Source: a bacterium (lineage in GTDB: Bacteria; UBP6; UBA1177; G963667425). From it: a stretch of 64,000 nucleotides of DNA. Of this stretch, positions 1 through 9,868 are shown one piece after another. Under the pieces are notes generated by a model that was given only the letters and a program-made list of their open reading frames with translations, had not been told where the DNA came from and made no database searches. The translations under genes and the position numbers were made by a program. Position 1 is the stretch's first letter; every line of letters begins with the position of its first letter. Location of the stretch: positions 1,930,281 through 1,994,280 of the forward strand of contig OY763407.1 of NCBI GenBank assembly GCA_963667425.1, in the 5' to 3' direction.

Positions 1-1365
1 TTTATCCCAGCCTTCTATATTAATGTTAAAAAATCAGAAAAAAAAGAAGAAGAACTTTTCACAATACTTTCATTTTTCTTCATATTCCTCTTTTTTACAC
101 TCTCGGCAACTAAATTTCCTCACTATATTTTTCCAGCCATTCCATTTTTTGCAATAATTGTTGCATCAATATTTTCTGAGCACATAAAAGGAAAAGGCTC
201 AGAGCTCATACTCTTCACATCAATGATGGGAGCAATGACACTTGGACTTATAACAAAAGATATTGGAACCGGTATGAACTATCGTGACTTCCTCTACATC
301 ATAACTACACACAAAGTTCAAAACTGGTTTGGAAGAGTATTTGACATGAGACCATGGCTTTACTATCTTATTCCTCCAATAATACTTTCAGTCCTGCTTC
401 CTTTAGTTGTAAAATCCTTATCTTTTGTGATAAAGCCTCTAAAAACAAAAGTAGAATGTTCTCTCAAAGCATCCGCAATACTTTTCGCACTTTCAGCATT
501 TGCATTTTCAGCCTACATAAACTACAACTGGGTACCGAATATGCTTGAAGTGTTCTCTTCCCAGAAAATGGCAGAGAAATTCTTAAGCGAGAAAAAACCA
601 GGCGACATAATTATTGATTTTGACAACTGGAAAAACAGAGGTCTTATCTATTACATTGGAACAGAAAACAATCTTCTTCGTCTCACAAGACCTGAACAAG
701 TTGCAAAAACAATTGAAACACATCCTGAAAACACAGTTTATATAACAACAAAAATAAATAAAATACCTGAACTCAGAGCAATAATATCTTCAAAACCAGG
801 CATACCTCTCGAAAGAATAATGGATGATGAAGTTGATACGTATAAAGAAATAGAACTTCTGAAAGCATCAATGAAAGATAAAGATAAAATGGATGATTCA
901 TGGAAAAAAGGACTCATTCAGGAAAGCGATATCCCTAAAAACATAAACAAACTTGGTGGAACCCTTGGAAACGGTTCAGTTGAATTCATAGGATACACAA
1001 TAAACAAAACATACTTTAAACAAAGCGAACCTATCGAAATCACGCTTTATTACAAAACAATGAAAAAACTTGACAGCAACTACCATTTCTTTTTCCATCT
1101 TGATGTTGCAGACGGAGCACTACCATACAGCATCAAACTTGACGAATATCCTCTCAAAGGATTCTACCCTGCAACAAAATGGGAAGAAGGAACAATCGTA
1201 AAACAGACATTTGAAACAGATGTTCCATCAAAACACCCTGGAGGCGGAATAAAAATATATGGTGGACTTTACGAAGGAGGCAACAGGCTCCCCGTTGATC
1301 AGGACAACTTTAATGATGGTGAAAACCGATTTATATTAGGACAATTCAGAATAAGGATAAAATAA
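1..1365 (+). CDS. 5'-truncated polytopic membrane protein, possibly C-terminal part of a GT-C fold (ArnT/PMT-like) glycosyltransferase
   Basis: Frame 1 is open from window position 1 to the stop at 1363-1365 (first in-frame Met at 223, so the gene starts upstream of the window). Hydrophobic helices (FAIIVASIFS, LIPPIILSVLLPLVV, ILFALSAFAFSAYI) precede a ~270-aa hydrophilic domain. Family call is weak inference. Confidence 0.4.
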   Translation, partial: FIPAFYINVKKSEKKEEELFTILSFFFIFLFFTLSATKFPHYIFPAIPFFAIIVASIFSEHIKGKGSELILFTSMMGAMTLGLITKDIGTGMNYRDFLYIITTHKVQNWFGRVFDMRPWLYYLIPPIILSVLLPLVVKSLSFVIKPLKTKVECSLKASAILFALSAFAFSAYINYNWVPNMLEVFSSQKMAEKFLSEKKPGDIIIDFDNWKNRGLIYYIGTENNLLRLTRPEQVAKTIETHPENTVYITTKINKIPELRAIISSKPGIPLERIMDDEVDTYKEIELLKASMKDKDKMDDSWKKGLIQESDIPKNINKLGGTLGNGSVEFIGYTINKTYFKQSEPIEITLYYKTMKKLDSNYHFFFHLDVADGALPYSIKLDEYPLKGFYPATKWEEGTIVKQTFETDVPSKHPGGGIKIYGGLYEGGNRLPVDQDNFNDGENRFILGQFRIRIK

Positions 1366-1368
1366 TTA

Positions 1369-2028
1369 ATGGAAATACTTTTTGAAGACAACCATCTTCT
1401 TGTTACAGTCAAACCACAGGGAATTCCTGTACAGGAAGACAGTTCAAAAGATGAAGATTTTCTCTCTATGCTTAAAAACATGATTAAAGCAAGAGATAAC
1501 AAACCAGGCAACGTCTACCTTGCTCTAGTACATCGTCTTGACAGACCGACTGGAGGCGTAATGGTTTTTGCCAAATCATCCAAAGCGGCATCAAGACTTG
1601 CCGAACAATTTAGAGAAAGAGAAGCTGGAAAACATTATCTTGCCATAGTTCACGGAGTTTTAAAAGAATCAAAAAGACTCGAAAACTGGATACTTAAAGA
1701 CAATGCAACAAACATCTCAAAAATTGTTTCCGAAAAGACAAAAGGGGCAAAACAGGCAGTACTTAATCTGAAAACAAAACAGTATACAGATAAAATGACA
1801 CTGCTTGAAATAGAACTCGAAACAGGAAGAAGCCATCAGATAAGAGCTCAACTTGCAAACATCAAATATCCAATCTACGGTGATCACAAATACGGAACAT
1901 CAAAAGGAAAAGCGGAACTTGCACTCTGGGCATACAAACTTACACTCATTCATCCAGTAAGCAAAGCCAAATATACATTTGAAGCCGAACCACCCAAAGA
2001 ATATCCATGGGATAAATTCAACATCTGA
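1369..2028 (+). CDS. rluA: RluA-family 23S/tRNA pseudouridine synthase
   Basis: Catalytic motif HRLDRPTGGVMVFAKS and downstream HQIRAQL motif typical of the RluA family; 4 nt after the upstream stop. Confidence 0.8.
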   Translation: MEILFEDNHLLVTVKPQGIPVQEDSSKDEDFLSMLKNMIKARDNKPGNVYLALVHRLDRPTGGVMVFAKSSKAASRLAEQFREREAGKHYLAIVHGVLKESKRLENWILKDNATNISKIVSEKTKGAKQAVLNLKTKQYTDKMTLLEIELETGRSHQIRAQLANIKYPIYGDHKYGTSKGKAELALWAYKLTLIHPVSKAKYTFEAEPPKEYPWDKFNI

Positions 2029-2146
2029 AAATATATCACTAAAAACAAATTTCATAATATTTATTTTCATTAATTGCTTTAATACCCTTTTCCAAATATA
2101 ATCCAGATGCTGTTTTTTATTATAAATTTTAAGGAAATAACTGAAA

Positions 2147-3010
2147 ATGAAATTACAAATTTATGTTATTTTTTCACTTCTATGCTTAATAACAATGGTA
2201 TCATGTTCCGATGACTGCAACTGTAAAACATGTCAGTCATGTAATGATTCCGACTGCACTTTGAATGACGCTGACACAGAAAATGACACCGAAACAGAAG
2301 ATGCAGACAGCGATACCGAGTTCGTTGAAGATGAAAATTCAGACAGCGACACCGAAATTGTATGTACTGAAATTACAATTAAAGAACTATTTCTTGATGG
2401 CGAAGAAACATCGACAAATTACTATGGTATCATAAATGAAAGTCTCGGCAGCGCAGACAAATGGGATGGAATACTTCTTCAGTTTTATTTATCTGAAAAT
2501 GAAACTCTCAAGACAGGCACATACGACCTTGGAACTGAACAAAATATAAGTTTTGCACAGTGCACGGAATGTCTTTTTATTGTTGAAGACTATGATGAGG
2601 AAAGCGAACTTCCTGCAAAATTCTATTTTCAGGAAACAGGAACACTAAATGTAACTGAAATAAAAGAAGGAACAGGAGAATCAAAAGGAATTATGAACGC
2701 AAAACTTGTTGAAGTTTTCCTGAATGCAGTAACAATGGATACAGTTAAAGTTGAAGGCGGAGCCTGCCTTGAATTAAAGAATCAGGAATGGAACACCATC
2801 TGCACACCTCAATGTGAAGGAAAAGTCTGCGGTTCTGATGGATGTTATGGAGAATGCGGCGAATGCGGCGAAAACGAAACATGCAGTGAAGACGGCACAA
2901 CATGTGAAACTTCAACAGATACGGATATTGATGAAGATATGGAAACTGACATAGACGAAATTTATACCGATGATGACACATTGGTCATTACAGATGAAGA
3001 TTCTATCTAG
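2147..3010 (+). CDS. Cys-rich acidic secreted lipoprotein (hypothetical)
   Basis: Signal peptide plus lipobox (LITMVSC), then an acidic stretch (DTENDTETEDADSDTEF) and a C-terminal Cys cluster (CTPQCEGKVCGSDGCYGECGECG). No recognisable catalytic motif. Confidence 0.6.
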   Translation: MKLQIYVIFSLLCLITMVSCSDDCNCKTCQSCNDSDCTLNDADTENDTETEDADSDTEFVEDENSDSDTEIVCTEITIKELFLDGEETSTNYYGIINESLGSADKWDGILLQFYLSENETLKTGTYDLGTEQNISFAQCTECLFIVEDYDEESELPAKFYFQETGTLNVTEIKEGTGESKGIMNAKLVEVFLNAVTMDTVKVEGGACLELKNQEWNTICTPQCEGKVCGSDGCYGECGECGENETCSEDGTTCETSTDTDIDEDMETDIDEIYTDDDTLVITDEDSI

Positions 3011-3013
3011 TAT

Positions 3014-4816
3014 TTAGCTTCCCGCAAGCGTAGTCGCAAGAATAATAAAGACACCGGCAAGACTTTCACCAGCAATAATTCCCGAAGCGGCAGGAATGAT
3101 ATATTCAGAAAGAGCTGCTCTCTTTTTCTCGATAATAAGAACAATAAGTGCTCCGATAAACATTGAAAGACAGTTCCAGAACGGAATTACGAAAGCAAGT
3201 CCGATTCCCATTGATGACGGGATAAACTTTGATGCTTTCGGAAAATATTTTTCAAGCAGAGGAATAATAACGCCGACAGCCACACCGGCAATCATTGCTA
3301 TTTTAGCAGTATAATGAAGTGAACCGATCCCCTGACCCAGAAGTTTTGCAACACCTGCCCAAACCTGAGCAGCCGGCGCAGGAAAGTAATCGCTCCCAAG
3401 CACATCAGGAGTCGGAACAATAAGATAAAAAGCAGGAACGATAACAGCTGTTCCGGCAAAAATACCTATAAACTGTGCAATAAACATTTTTCTTGAATTT
3501 GCGCCTAAAAGATAGCCTGTTTTAAGGTCAGTTAGAAGATCAGCTGAAGAACCGGCAATACCGGAAGTAACTGAAGCAGTCATAAGGGTTGTAACCATGC
3601 TTCCCGGTCTTATCATTCCGTAAAAAGCCTGCGTAACCTGACCAAGTGCGCCAACCGGCGTTGTATCCGTCTCACCAGTTGCACGACATGCAACGATGGC
3701 AAGAAAAAATGAAAGAACAATCGCAAGAGCCGATACCCATACTGCAATATCAAAAACGTAGTACATAATAAAAGCAATACCAGCGCCGCCAATTAAAATT
3801 CCCCAGAAAAACCAGCTCATAGGAACTTCAACTTTTTCAATTGCAGTAAGCTCTCTTTTTTCTCTTGAGAAAATATCTTTTACACCTGAAAACGCTTTAA
3901 GAGCAACCTTCCACTGCATAAAAAATGAAGTGAAACCTGCCGCAACCATTACAGAAGCACCAAACCATAAACTCCAGCGGCTGATTCCCTTGTAACCGAG
4001 TTCTGTTATGACTCCTGCATCAAAAAGCTGAGGCGCAAGAATGATATAGTTGAGAATTCCGCCAAAAAGTATACTCCATGCTGTTCTCCAGCCCATAAGA
4101 GCACCCGCAGCAACCATAATAAGACTTGTTTCCATCGAAACAGTGTAAGCTCCAAGCTTTTCGCCAAAAATAGAGTAAGTATACTTTATCCATTCAAAAA
4201 AATCTCTCACAACTGTCAGAAGAGCTCCCAGAAGAGCAAAGATAAGGAGTGAATTAGTCTGCTTTCTGCTCTCTTCGCCGGCATAAAGGCTTTTTAAAGT
4301 CTCAGCCGTTGCAGTTCCTGAAGGAAACGGAAGCTTTTCAATATTAATCATCTGCTTTTTCATTGGAATTGCCATAACAACGCCGGCAATACCTAAAAAA
4401 ACAGTCCATCCGATAAGCACCCAGAATCCGAGATGATGACCTGTAATAATAATGTAGGCGGCAATTGCGCTAACCATCGTTCCGCCAGTCGTGTAACCTG
4501 CGGAAGATGCAGTTGACTTCATCGAATTATTTTCAAGCAGCGTCATATCGGTTCTTATAAACCACGGGAAAAGTTTTCTAAGAAGTTTCCATATACTGAA
4601 GGAAAGAACACATGCGGTAATTGTAACACCAAGACCCCAGCCGGTTTTAAGTCCGATATAAAGATTTGTGAGACTCATAAAACCGCCGATTATCATTCCC
4701 ATGACAATCGCTCTGAAAGTCAGCTGTTTTACATCACCTTTGTAGACATTTTCAAGCCATAGTCTATCCGACTCCTCATGCGGATCGAGTATAGCTTCCT
4801 TTTTCTGCTCATCCAT
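3014..4816 (-). CDS. OPT-family oligopeptide transporter
   Basis: 600 aa, polytopic; N-terminal region (LTFRAIVMGMIIGGFMSLTNLYIGLKTGWGLGVTITACVLS) resembles the conserved start of bacterial OPT transporters. Confidence 0.65.
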   Translation of the reverse strand: MDEQKKEAILDPHEESDRLWLENVYKGDVKQLTFRAIVMGMIIGGFMSLTNLYIGLKTGWGLGVTITACVLSFSIWKLLRKLFPWFIRTDMTLLENNSMKSTASSAGYTTGGTMVSAIAAYIIITGHHLGFWVLIGWTVFLGIAGVVMAIPMKKQMINIEKLPFPSGTATAETLKSLYAGEESRKQTNSLLIFALLGALLTVVRDFFEWIKYTYSIFGEKLGAYTVSMETSLIMVAAGALMGWRTAWSILFGGILNYIILAPQLFDAGVITELGYKGISRWSLWFGASVMVAAGFTSFFMQWKVALKAFSGVKDIFSREKRELTAIEKVEVPMSWFFWGILIGGAGIAFIMYYVFDIAVWVSALAIVLSFFLAIVACRATGETDTTPVGALGQVTQAFYGMIRPGSMVTTLMTASVTSGIAGSSADLLTDLKTGYLLGANSRKMFIAQFIGIFAGTAVIVPAFYLIVPTPDVLGSDYFPAPAAQVWAGVAKLLGQGIGSLHYTAKIAMIAGVAVGVIIPLLEKYFPKASKFIPSSMGIGLAFVIPFWNCLSMFIGALIVLIIEKKRAALSEYIIPAASGIIAGESLAGVFIILATTLAGS

Positions 4817-4883
4817 ATTTAAATTCTCCTCAAGATTTTACACACAAGAGTATCTTGAGAAGAAATCAAGTCAATAAAAAAGA

Positions 4884-7433
4884 TTATGGAAGTTCGTAGT
4901 AAATTTCTTTAGGAACATCAACTTTTTCAGCTAAACTTCCTGTTCCAAGTTTGCCGTACCCTCCATCTCCCCAGCAGTAAACTTTACCTTCCGTATCATA
5001 AGCACATGTGTGCTGAACTCCTGTAGTTATTCCTTCAAGTTTTTTTCCATTTAAAGCACCATTCATATTAACTGAAACAGGAACTGTACTGAAGTAATCA
5101 ATATCACCTTCTTTATGATTACCATTACCAAGCTCACCAGAATTTCCTGAGCCCCAGCAGTATGCCTTGCCATCATCATCAAGAGCACATGTGTAATAAT
5201 AACCTGTTGAAATTTTTATCAGTTTTTTTCCATTTAAAACACCGGAAGAATCCACTTCTATTGGCTCAAAAACATTATAATTACCCTCTTCTTCATTATA
5301 TCTCCCATCTCCTAAAGCACCATCTAGTCCACCGCCCCAACAATATGCTTTTCCTTCATCTGAAACTGCACAGGCATGCCCTCCGACGTGTGAATTTATT
5401 GCACTTATATCAACAATCTTTTTGTCTTTAAGAACTCCTGAATAGTTAATAGGTGCAGGCAGAAAATTACAATTGGATGTCGTTCCCATAACACCATAAC
5501 CAGCGCTTCCCCAACAATAGACTTTTCCATTAACATCAATAGCACAAGTATATCCTTGTCCAGCCGTTATCTTCACAAATCTTAATTCACCTGATTTAAC
5601 AGAAAGAGGTACTGCACTAATTCTATAAGACCCTGTTCCGAGCTGTCCTTTTCCCCAGCAGTAAGCTTCACCTCTGTCATCAAGAGCACATGCATGCCCC
5701 AGAGCGACAGCTAATTTAACAAGTTTCTTCCCTTTAAGAATGTCTGACGTATCAACAGCAACCGGTACAAGACTTGTTTCTTTTAAACCATTACCAAGCT
5801 CTCCATTTTCACCGTATCCCCAGCAATATGCTTTACCCTCATCATCCAGAGCACATGTATATCCATATGCGCCGCTTGTACCTCCTGCTGATTTTATCTC
5901 TACAATCTTTTTACAGTTTAAAACACCATAAGTATTAACCCTTTTGGGCAGCATTTCATAAGAAATTCCGTTTAAGACATCGAATCCTTCAACTCCATCA
6001 CCCAATTCTCCATATTCCTGACTTCCCCAGCAGTAAGCAGTTCCTTTATCATCCACAGCACATGTATGTTCTGAACCGGCAGAAAGAGAAATAACCTTTT
6101 TCCCATATAATTCACTTCTTCTATTTAAAAAAAGAGAATGTGGAGCTATTGCATCATTCACAGAGAAATCACCAATCTCACCTGAAATACCTTTTCCCCA
6201 GCAGTAAGCCCCGCCTTCACTGTCAAGAGCACATGTGTGATAGTTACCAGTTGTTATAAAGACAATATGTTTTTCTTTAAGAACGCCTTCAGAATAAACT
6301 GCTATGGGAGCATTACACAAATTACCATCACACTCCTCTTCCTTATCTTCACCATTCCCAAGTTCTCCATAAGAATCATCTCCCCAGCAGTAAATTTCCC
6401 CTTCATTATCAAGAATACATGAATGCCAGTATCCTGGAGCAAGAGAAACCCATTTCTTTTTCATATACGCAAGTTCATCAATCATATCAGAGTTGCCATA
6501 AGCTCGATAGTACCCATAAGCCCACCTATGAAGAACACCCTCAGTATCTATAGCACCGCGACTGGTTATGGAAACAAACTTTACATCACTCAAATTGTTA
6601 TTGACCTTTTCTGGAACAAGAGCATATTCATCACTTCTGTTACCATTTTCATCACACGAAGCATGACCCCAGCAATAACCTTTCCCGTCAGAATCAAGAG
6701 CACATGTGTTTGACTTATGGGCACTTATAAATGTAAAAGAAGTATTTTCAGGAAGCATTGACAAATCTACAGCCACAGGAACAGAACTGTCCTCTATCGT
6801 ACCGTTTCCAAGCTGACCTTCATCATTTTTTCCCCAGCAGTAGATGCCGCCACTATCATCAAGTGCACATGAATGATATTCTCCCGAAGTAAGTCCAACT
6901 ATTTTTTTATCTTTCATAATACCGTTCATATCAACATCAACAGGTACCATATTTTTTTCATTAGACCCATTACCGAGCTGTCCATATTCTCCCGAGCCCC
7001 AGCAATAAATTCTTCCAGCATCATCAAGAACACACGAGTGACTGTAACCAACAGTTAATATTTTTATTTCTCCCGCATTTCTTATATCAATTTTCTGAGG
7101 CGAAGCAGAATCGTAAAGTCCACCGAAACAGTAAACAGTATTTAATTCAGTAACCGCACAGGTTGCTCCATATGCACCAATCATTTTTATCTTTATTTTA
7201 TCTTCCTGAAAATCATCATCCGGCAGACATAATTCTGAAATATCAGGATTAGGGAAATTAAAATCTTCATCGGAAAAATCTTCATCAATCAGGTCAGCAT
7301 CAGCACTCTCAGCATTATCAGCATCAGATAAAATATCAGCATCATTGTTTTCAGAATAAACCGGATTGTTTTCCTTCGTACATGAAAGAAGATTTGAAAT
7401 TAAAAGTAATAAAACAATAAACATACTTTTCAT
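4884..7433 (-). CDS. RCC1-repeat (beta-propeller) lipoprotein
   Basis: Signal peptide plus lipobox (LLSC), acidic linker (DADILSDADNAESADADLIDEDFSDEDF), then about 13 repeats of the pattern G-x-x-H-[ST]-C-A-[LV]-D-x-x-G-x-x-Y-C-W-G-x-x-x-x-G-[EQ]-L-G-[ND]-G typical of RCC1 blades. Confidence 0.8.
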   Translation of the reverse strand: MKSMFIVLLLLISNLLSCTKENNPVYSENNDADILSDADNAESADADLIDEDFSDEDFNFPNPDISELCLPDDDFQEDKIKIKMIGAYGATCAVTELNTVYCFGGLYDSASPQKIDIRNAGEIKILTVGYSHSCVLDDAGRIYCWGSGEYGQLGNGSNEKNMVPVDVDMNGIMKDKKIVGLTSGEYHSCALDDSGGIYCWGKNDEGQLGNGTIEDSSVPVAVDLSMLPENTSFTFISAHKSNTCALDSDGKGYCWGHASCDENGNRSDEYALVPEKVNNNLSDVKFVSITSRGAIDTEGVLHRWAYGYYRAYGNSDMIDELAYMKKKWVSLAPGYWHSCILDNEGEIYCWGDDSYGELGNGEDKEEECDGNLCNAPIAVYSEGVLKEKHIVFITTGNYHTCALDSEGGAYCWGKGISGEIGDFSVNDAIAPHSLFLNRRSELYGKKVISLSAGSEHTCAVDDKGTAYCWGSQEYGELGDGVEGFDVLNGISYEMLPKRVNTYGVLNCKKIVEIKSAGGTSGAYGYTCALDDEGKAYCWGYGENGELGNGLKETSLVPVAVDTSDILKGKKLVKLAVALGHACALDDRGEAYCWGKGQLGTGSYRISAVPLSVKSGELRFVKITAGQGYTCAIDVNGKVYCWGSAGYGVMGTTSNCNFLPAPINYSGVLKDKKIVDISAINSHVGGHACAVSDEGKAYCWGGGLDGALGDGRYNEEEGNYNVFEPIEVDSSGVLNGKKLIKISTGYYYTCALDDDGKAYCWGSGNSGELGNGNHKEGDIDYFSTVPVSVNMNGALNGKKLEGITTGVQHTCAYDTEGKVYCWGDGGYGKLGTGSLAEKVDVPKEIYYELP

Positions 7434-7725
7434 TACTGACTCCTCAATAATTTTTTAACAAAAAGATATTATTTATCAAATACTTTAACATTTCATATTA
7501 CAACAACAAAGATTATCACTGAAATATTTTAAATCAAGAAACATTACAACATAATTTATAAATAAGATGCTCCAGACACTGTCAAAACTGTTTTTTCCTG
7601 CTGTTAATAACCTTGGGAGGAACAATTGCTCCTTATTGAGTGCCCATTCTCTCTTTGCGGATAGTGATTGATCCTTATTATGTAATGATTCTCACTTTTC
7701 TTGTTCTGTTTTTGTTACTGCGTGT

Positions 7726-8038
7726 AGTGATTGCAGTCAATTTTGGTCTGAACGCTCTCAATCATGGACTGAACGGACCAAATATTGGTCTCATCGTCTC
7801 CAATTTTGGTCTGATTGCCTCCAATTGACGAGTGATTACTCTCCATCGTGGTCTGAACGTTCACAATCATGGACTGAACGCACCAAATATTGGTCTAATC
7901 CTCTCCGATTTTGGTCTGATTGCACCCAATTGACGAGTGATTACTCTCCATCGTGGTCTGAACGCTCTCAATCATGGACTGAACGCGCCAAATATTGGTC
8001 TAATCTTCTCCAATTTTGGTCTGAGTGTTCTAAATTTT
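7726..8038. repeat. Tandem direct repeat, ~105-bp unit in ~3 copies, with an internal GGTCTGA-type core motif recurring about every 21-31 bp
   Basis: Near-identical units beginning GTGATT(GCAGTCAA/ACTCTCCATCGT)TTTTGGTCTGAACG...CAATCATGGACTGAACG...CCAAATATTGGTCT..ATC...TTTTGGTCTGATTGC..CCAATTGACGA at about 7726, 7832 and 7937. The array is intergenic, between the 3' end of the DUF3332 gene and the start of the RCC1 gene. Confidence 0.7.
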
Positions 8039-8068
8039 CAGGTAATTGCTAAATTATTCTGACTTTGT

Positions 8069-8491
8069 TTAATGATTTTCCTGGGCAAGTTCAACGATTG
8101 TCCATGAGCCTGCTGATGTTGAATATGCAACAACTTTCTGTTCGTCCGTTTCTTTGTCTTTTACTGTAAAGCCTTTGTTTGTAGCGGTCACTTCATAGAT
8201 TTTTCCGGCGTATTCTATCTCTTCGGTCTCACTTTCTCCGTCATTCATTGCCATAGGATTTTTCCCACCCCAGAATTCGATTACGTTCAAGACTAGAATG
8301 TCACCTGCTAAAGAAACTATATAGACCGGTATTATCCAGAATGCAAAGTGAACTGCCGAACGGGCATATTTGTTGTTTATTGTACCGTTCCACTTGTTCA
8401 TTCTGTTGAACATCTGATTTGAACCGAAGCATCCGCTTAGCATTACTGCTGCCATAAACATAAGAATTATGTTTCTTATTTGTTTTTTCAT
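8069..8491 (-). CDS. DUF3332-family lipoprotein
   Basis: Start placed at the internal Met (MKKQIRNIILMFMAAVMLSGCFGSN...) whose ATG overlaps the MATE stop in an ATGA arrangement. Lipobox LSGC followed by the motif WIIPVYIVSLAGDILVLNVIEFWGGKNP characteristic of DUF3332. The longer 232-aa ORF would overlap the MATE gene. Confidence 0.6.
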   Translation of the reverse strand: MKKQIRNIILMFMAAVMLSGCFGSNQMFNRMNKWNGTINNKYARSAVHFAFWIIPVYIVSLAGDILVLNVIEFWGGKNPMAMNDGESETEEIEYAGKIYEVTATNKGFTVKDKETDEQKVVAYSTSAGSWTIVELAQENH

Positions 8492-9867
8492 ATTACTCTC
8501 CTTTTCCATTTGCCGCTTTTTAAAAAAGCGAGGGCTATTATAACTGTAAAGAAGTTTCCAAGTGTCATTCCGATCCATGCTCCGCCGGATCCGTATCCTA
8601 AAAATATGCCGAGAAGATAAACTAACGGCAGTCTGAATATCCATAGTCTGAAGATTCCGAGTATTAATACCGGCATGTTTACGCCTGCGGCACTGAATGT
8701 GGCGTTTACAGATCTGAGTATTCCGAATAATGGTATTGCCGAGCCGAAATATAGAAGGAATCTGCATCCTTCTTCTATTATGTCAGGTTCATCAGGGATA
8801 AATACCGAAACTAGTTCTCTTCTGAAAAAAACCATCAGCGCTGTTTCGGCCAGCAGGACTACAAACATTGTGAGCATCCCTTCTTTTACCGATTTTGCTG
8901 CCGATTTTATCATGTCTGCGCCAAGTTTCTGTCCTATGATTGTGGTCAGTGACTGCGCGAATCCCATCATTGCAATTGATGCAAGGCTTATAAGTCTGCT
9001 TCCTATTCCGTAAGCCGCCAGGGCTGTTCTTGAATTGTCGAGCTGTCCTATTATAAAAGATAGAATTACAAATCCTAATGCTTCGGCTGAGTGTCCGACT
9101 GCTGCCGGGAAACCTACTTTTACAACTTTTTTTATCCACAAAAGGTCAGGTACCATGTTTTTCAGGTTTATGCTGATTCCTTTTTTTCCTTCAAAGAGAT
9201 AGTAAACTGCAACGAGCGCCGAAAATACGCCTGAGATTACTGTTGCTATTGCGGCTCCTTTAACGCCCATTGCCGGTATAGGTCCGATTCCTGTTATAAA
9301 GAAGGGATCGAGTATTACATTTATGATGTTGCTTATAATTGTGATTACCATTGGGGTAAAACTGTTCCCTGTTGATGTGAGCAGCGAACGGAAAACTCCG
9401 TTGATGAACATAAACGGCAGCCCAACAGCCAGAACTGTTATGTATTCGGACGAAGCTTTAAGTATGGCGGCATCTGAGGTAACAAAGCTTAAAACTTTTC
9501 CTCCTGCAATAAAAAGAAGTGCCGATGAAACGACTCCACTTATTAATGCAAGCGATAAAACTTGTGCGCCTGCTTTATCTGCTTCATCAATTCTCCCTGC
9601 TCCGTTAAACTGGCTTACAAATGCTACACCAGCCATCGAGAATCCCATTATAAATGCAACAAGAAACCATATTATCGGAAAACTTATCTGAAGTGCGGCA
9701 ACGGAATTGCCTCCTTCTCCTCCTGAAAGCCTGCCAAGCCAGAAAGTATCAACAAGCTGATAAACTGTGTCGAGAAGGCTTGCCAGCATTATCGGCCAGC
9801 CTAGTTTCAAGAGCAGTTTGGGCGTGCTTAAAGAGAGTATTTCTTCTGTGGATATTTTTTTTTTCAT
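8488..9867 (-). CDS. MATE-family multidrug/efflux transporter
   Basis: 459 aa, about 12 TM helices; N-terminus (LLKLGWPIMLASLLDTVYQLVDTFWLGRL) is typical of NorM/DinF-type MATE proteins. Confidence 0.8.
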   Translation of the reverse strand: MKKKISTEEILSLSTPKLLLKLGWPIMLASLLDTVYQLVDTFWLGRLSGGEGGNSVAALQISFPIIWFLVAFIMGFSMAGVAFVSQFNGAGRIDEADKAGAQVLSLALISGVVSSALLFIAGGKVLSFVTSDAAILKASSEYITVLAVGLPFMFINGVFRSLLTSTGNSFTPMVITIISNIINVILDPFFITGIGPIPAMGVKGAAIATVISGVFSALVAVYYLFEGKKGISINLKNMVPDLLWIKKVVKVGFPAAVGHSAEALGFVILSFIIGQLDNSRTALAAYGIGSRLISLASIAMMGFAQSLTTIIGQKLGADMIKSAAKSVKEGMLTMFVVLLAETALMVFFRRELVSVFIPDEPDIIEEGCRFLLYFGSAIPLFGILRSVNATFSAAGVNMPVLILGIFRLWIFRLPLVYLLGIFLGYGSGGAWIGMTLGNFFTVIIALAFLKSGKWKRRVI

Positions 9868-9868
9868 T

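Noticed and set aside
7726-8038. Possible CRISPR array
   Set aside because: The ~105-bp units are contiguous and fully repeated, with no unique spacers between short repeats, and there are no cas genes in the window.
7640-8052. Two ORFs (62 and 75 aa) called inside the tandem repeat array
   Set aside because: Their sequences are direct translations of the 105-bp DNA repeat (internally repetitive SDYSPSWSERSQSWTER...), with no clear Shine-Dalgarno; more likely non-coding repeat DNA.
8492-8767. N-terminal 92 codons of the 232-aa ORF 8069..8767
   Set aside because: This part lies entirely inside the MATE transporter gene in another frame; the internal ATG at 8491 gives a clean lipoprotein signal peptide and an ATGA overlap with the MATE stop.
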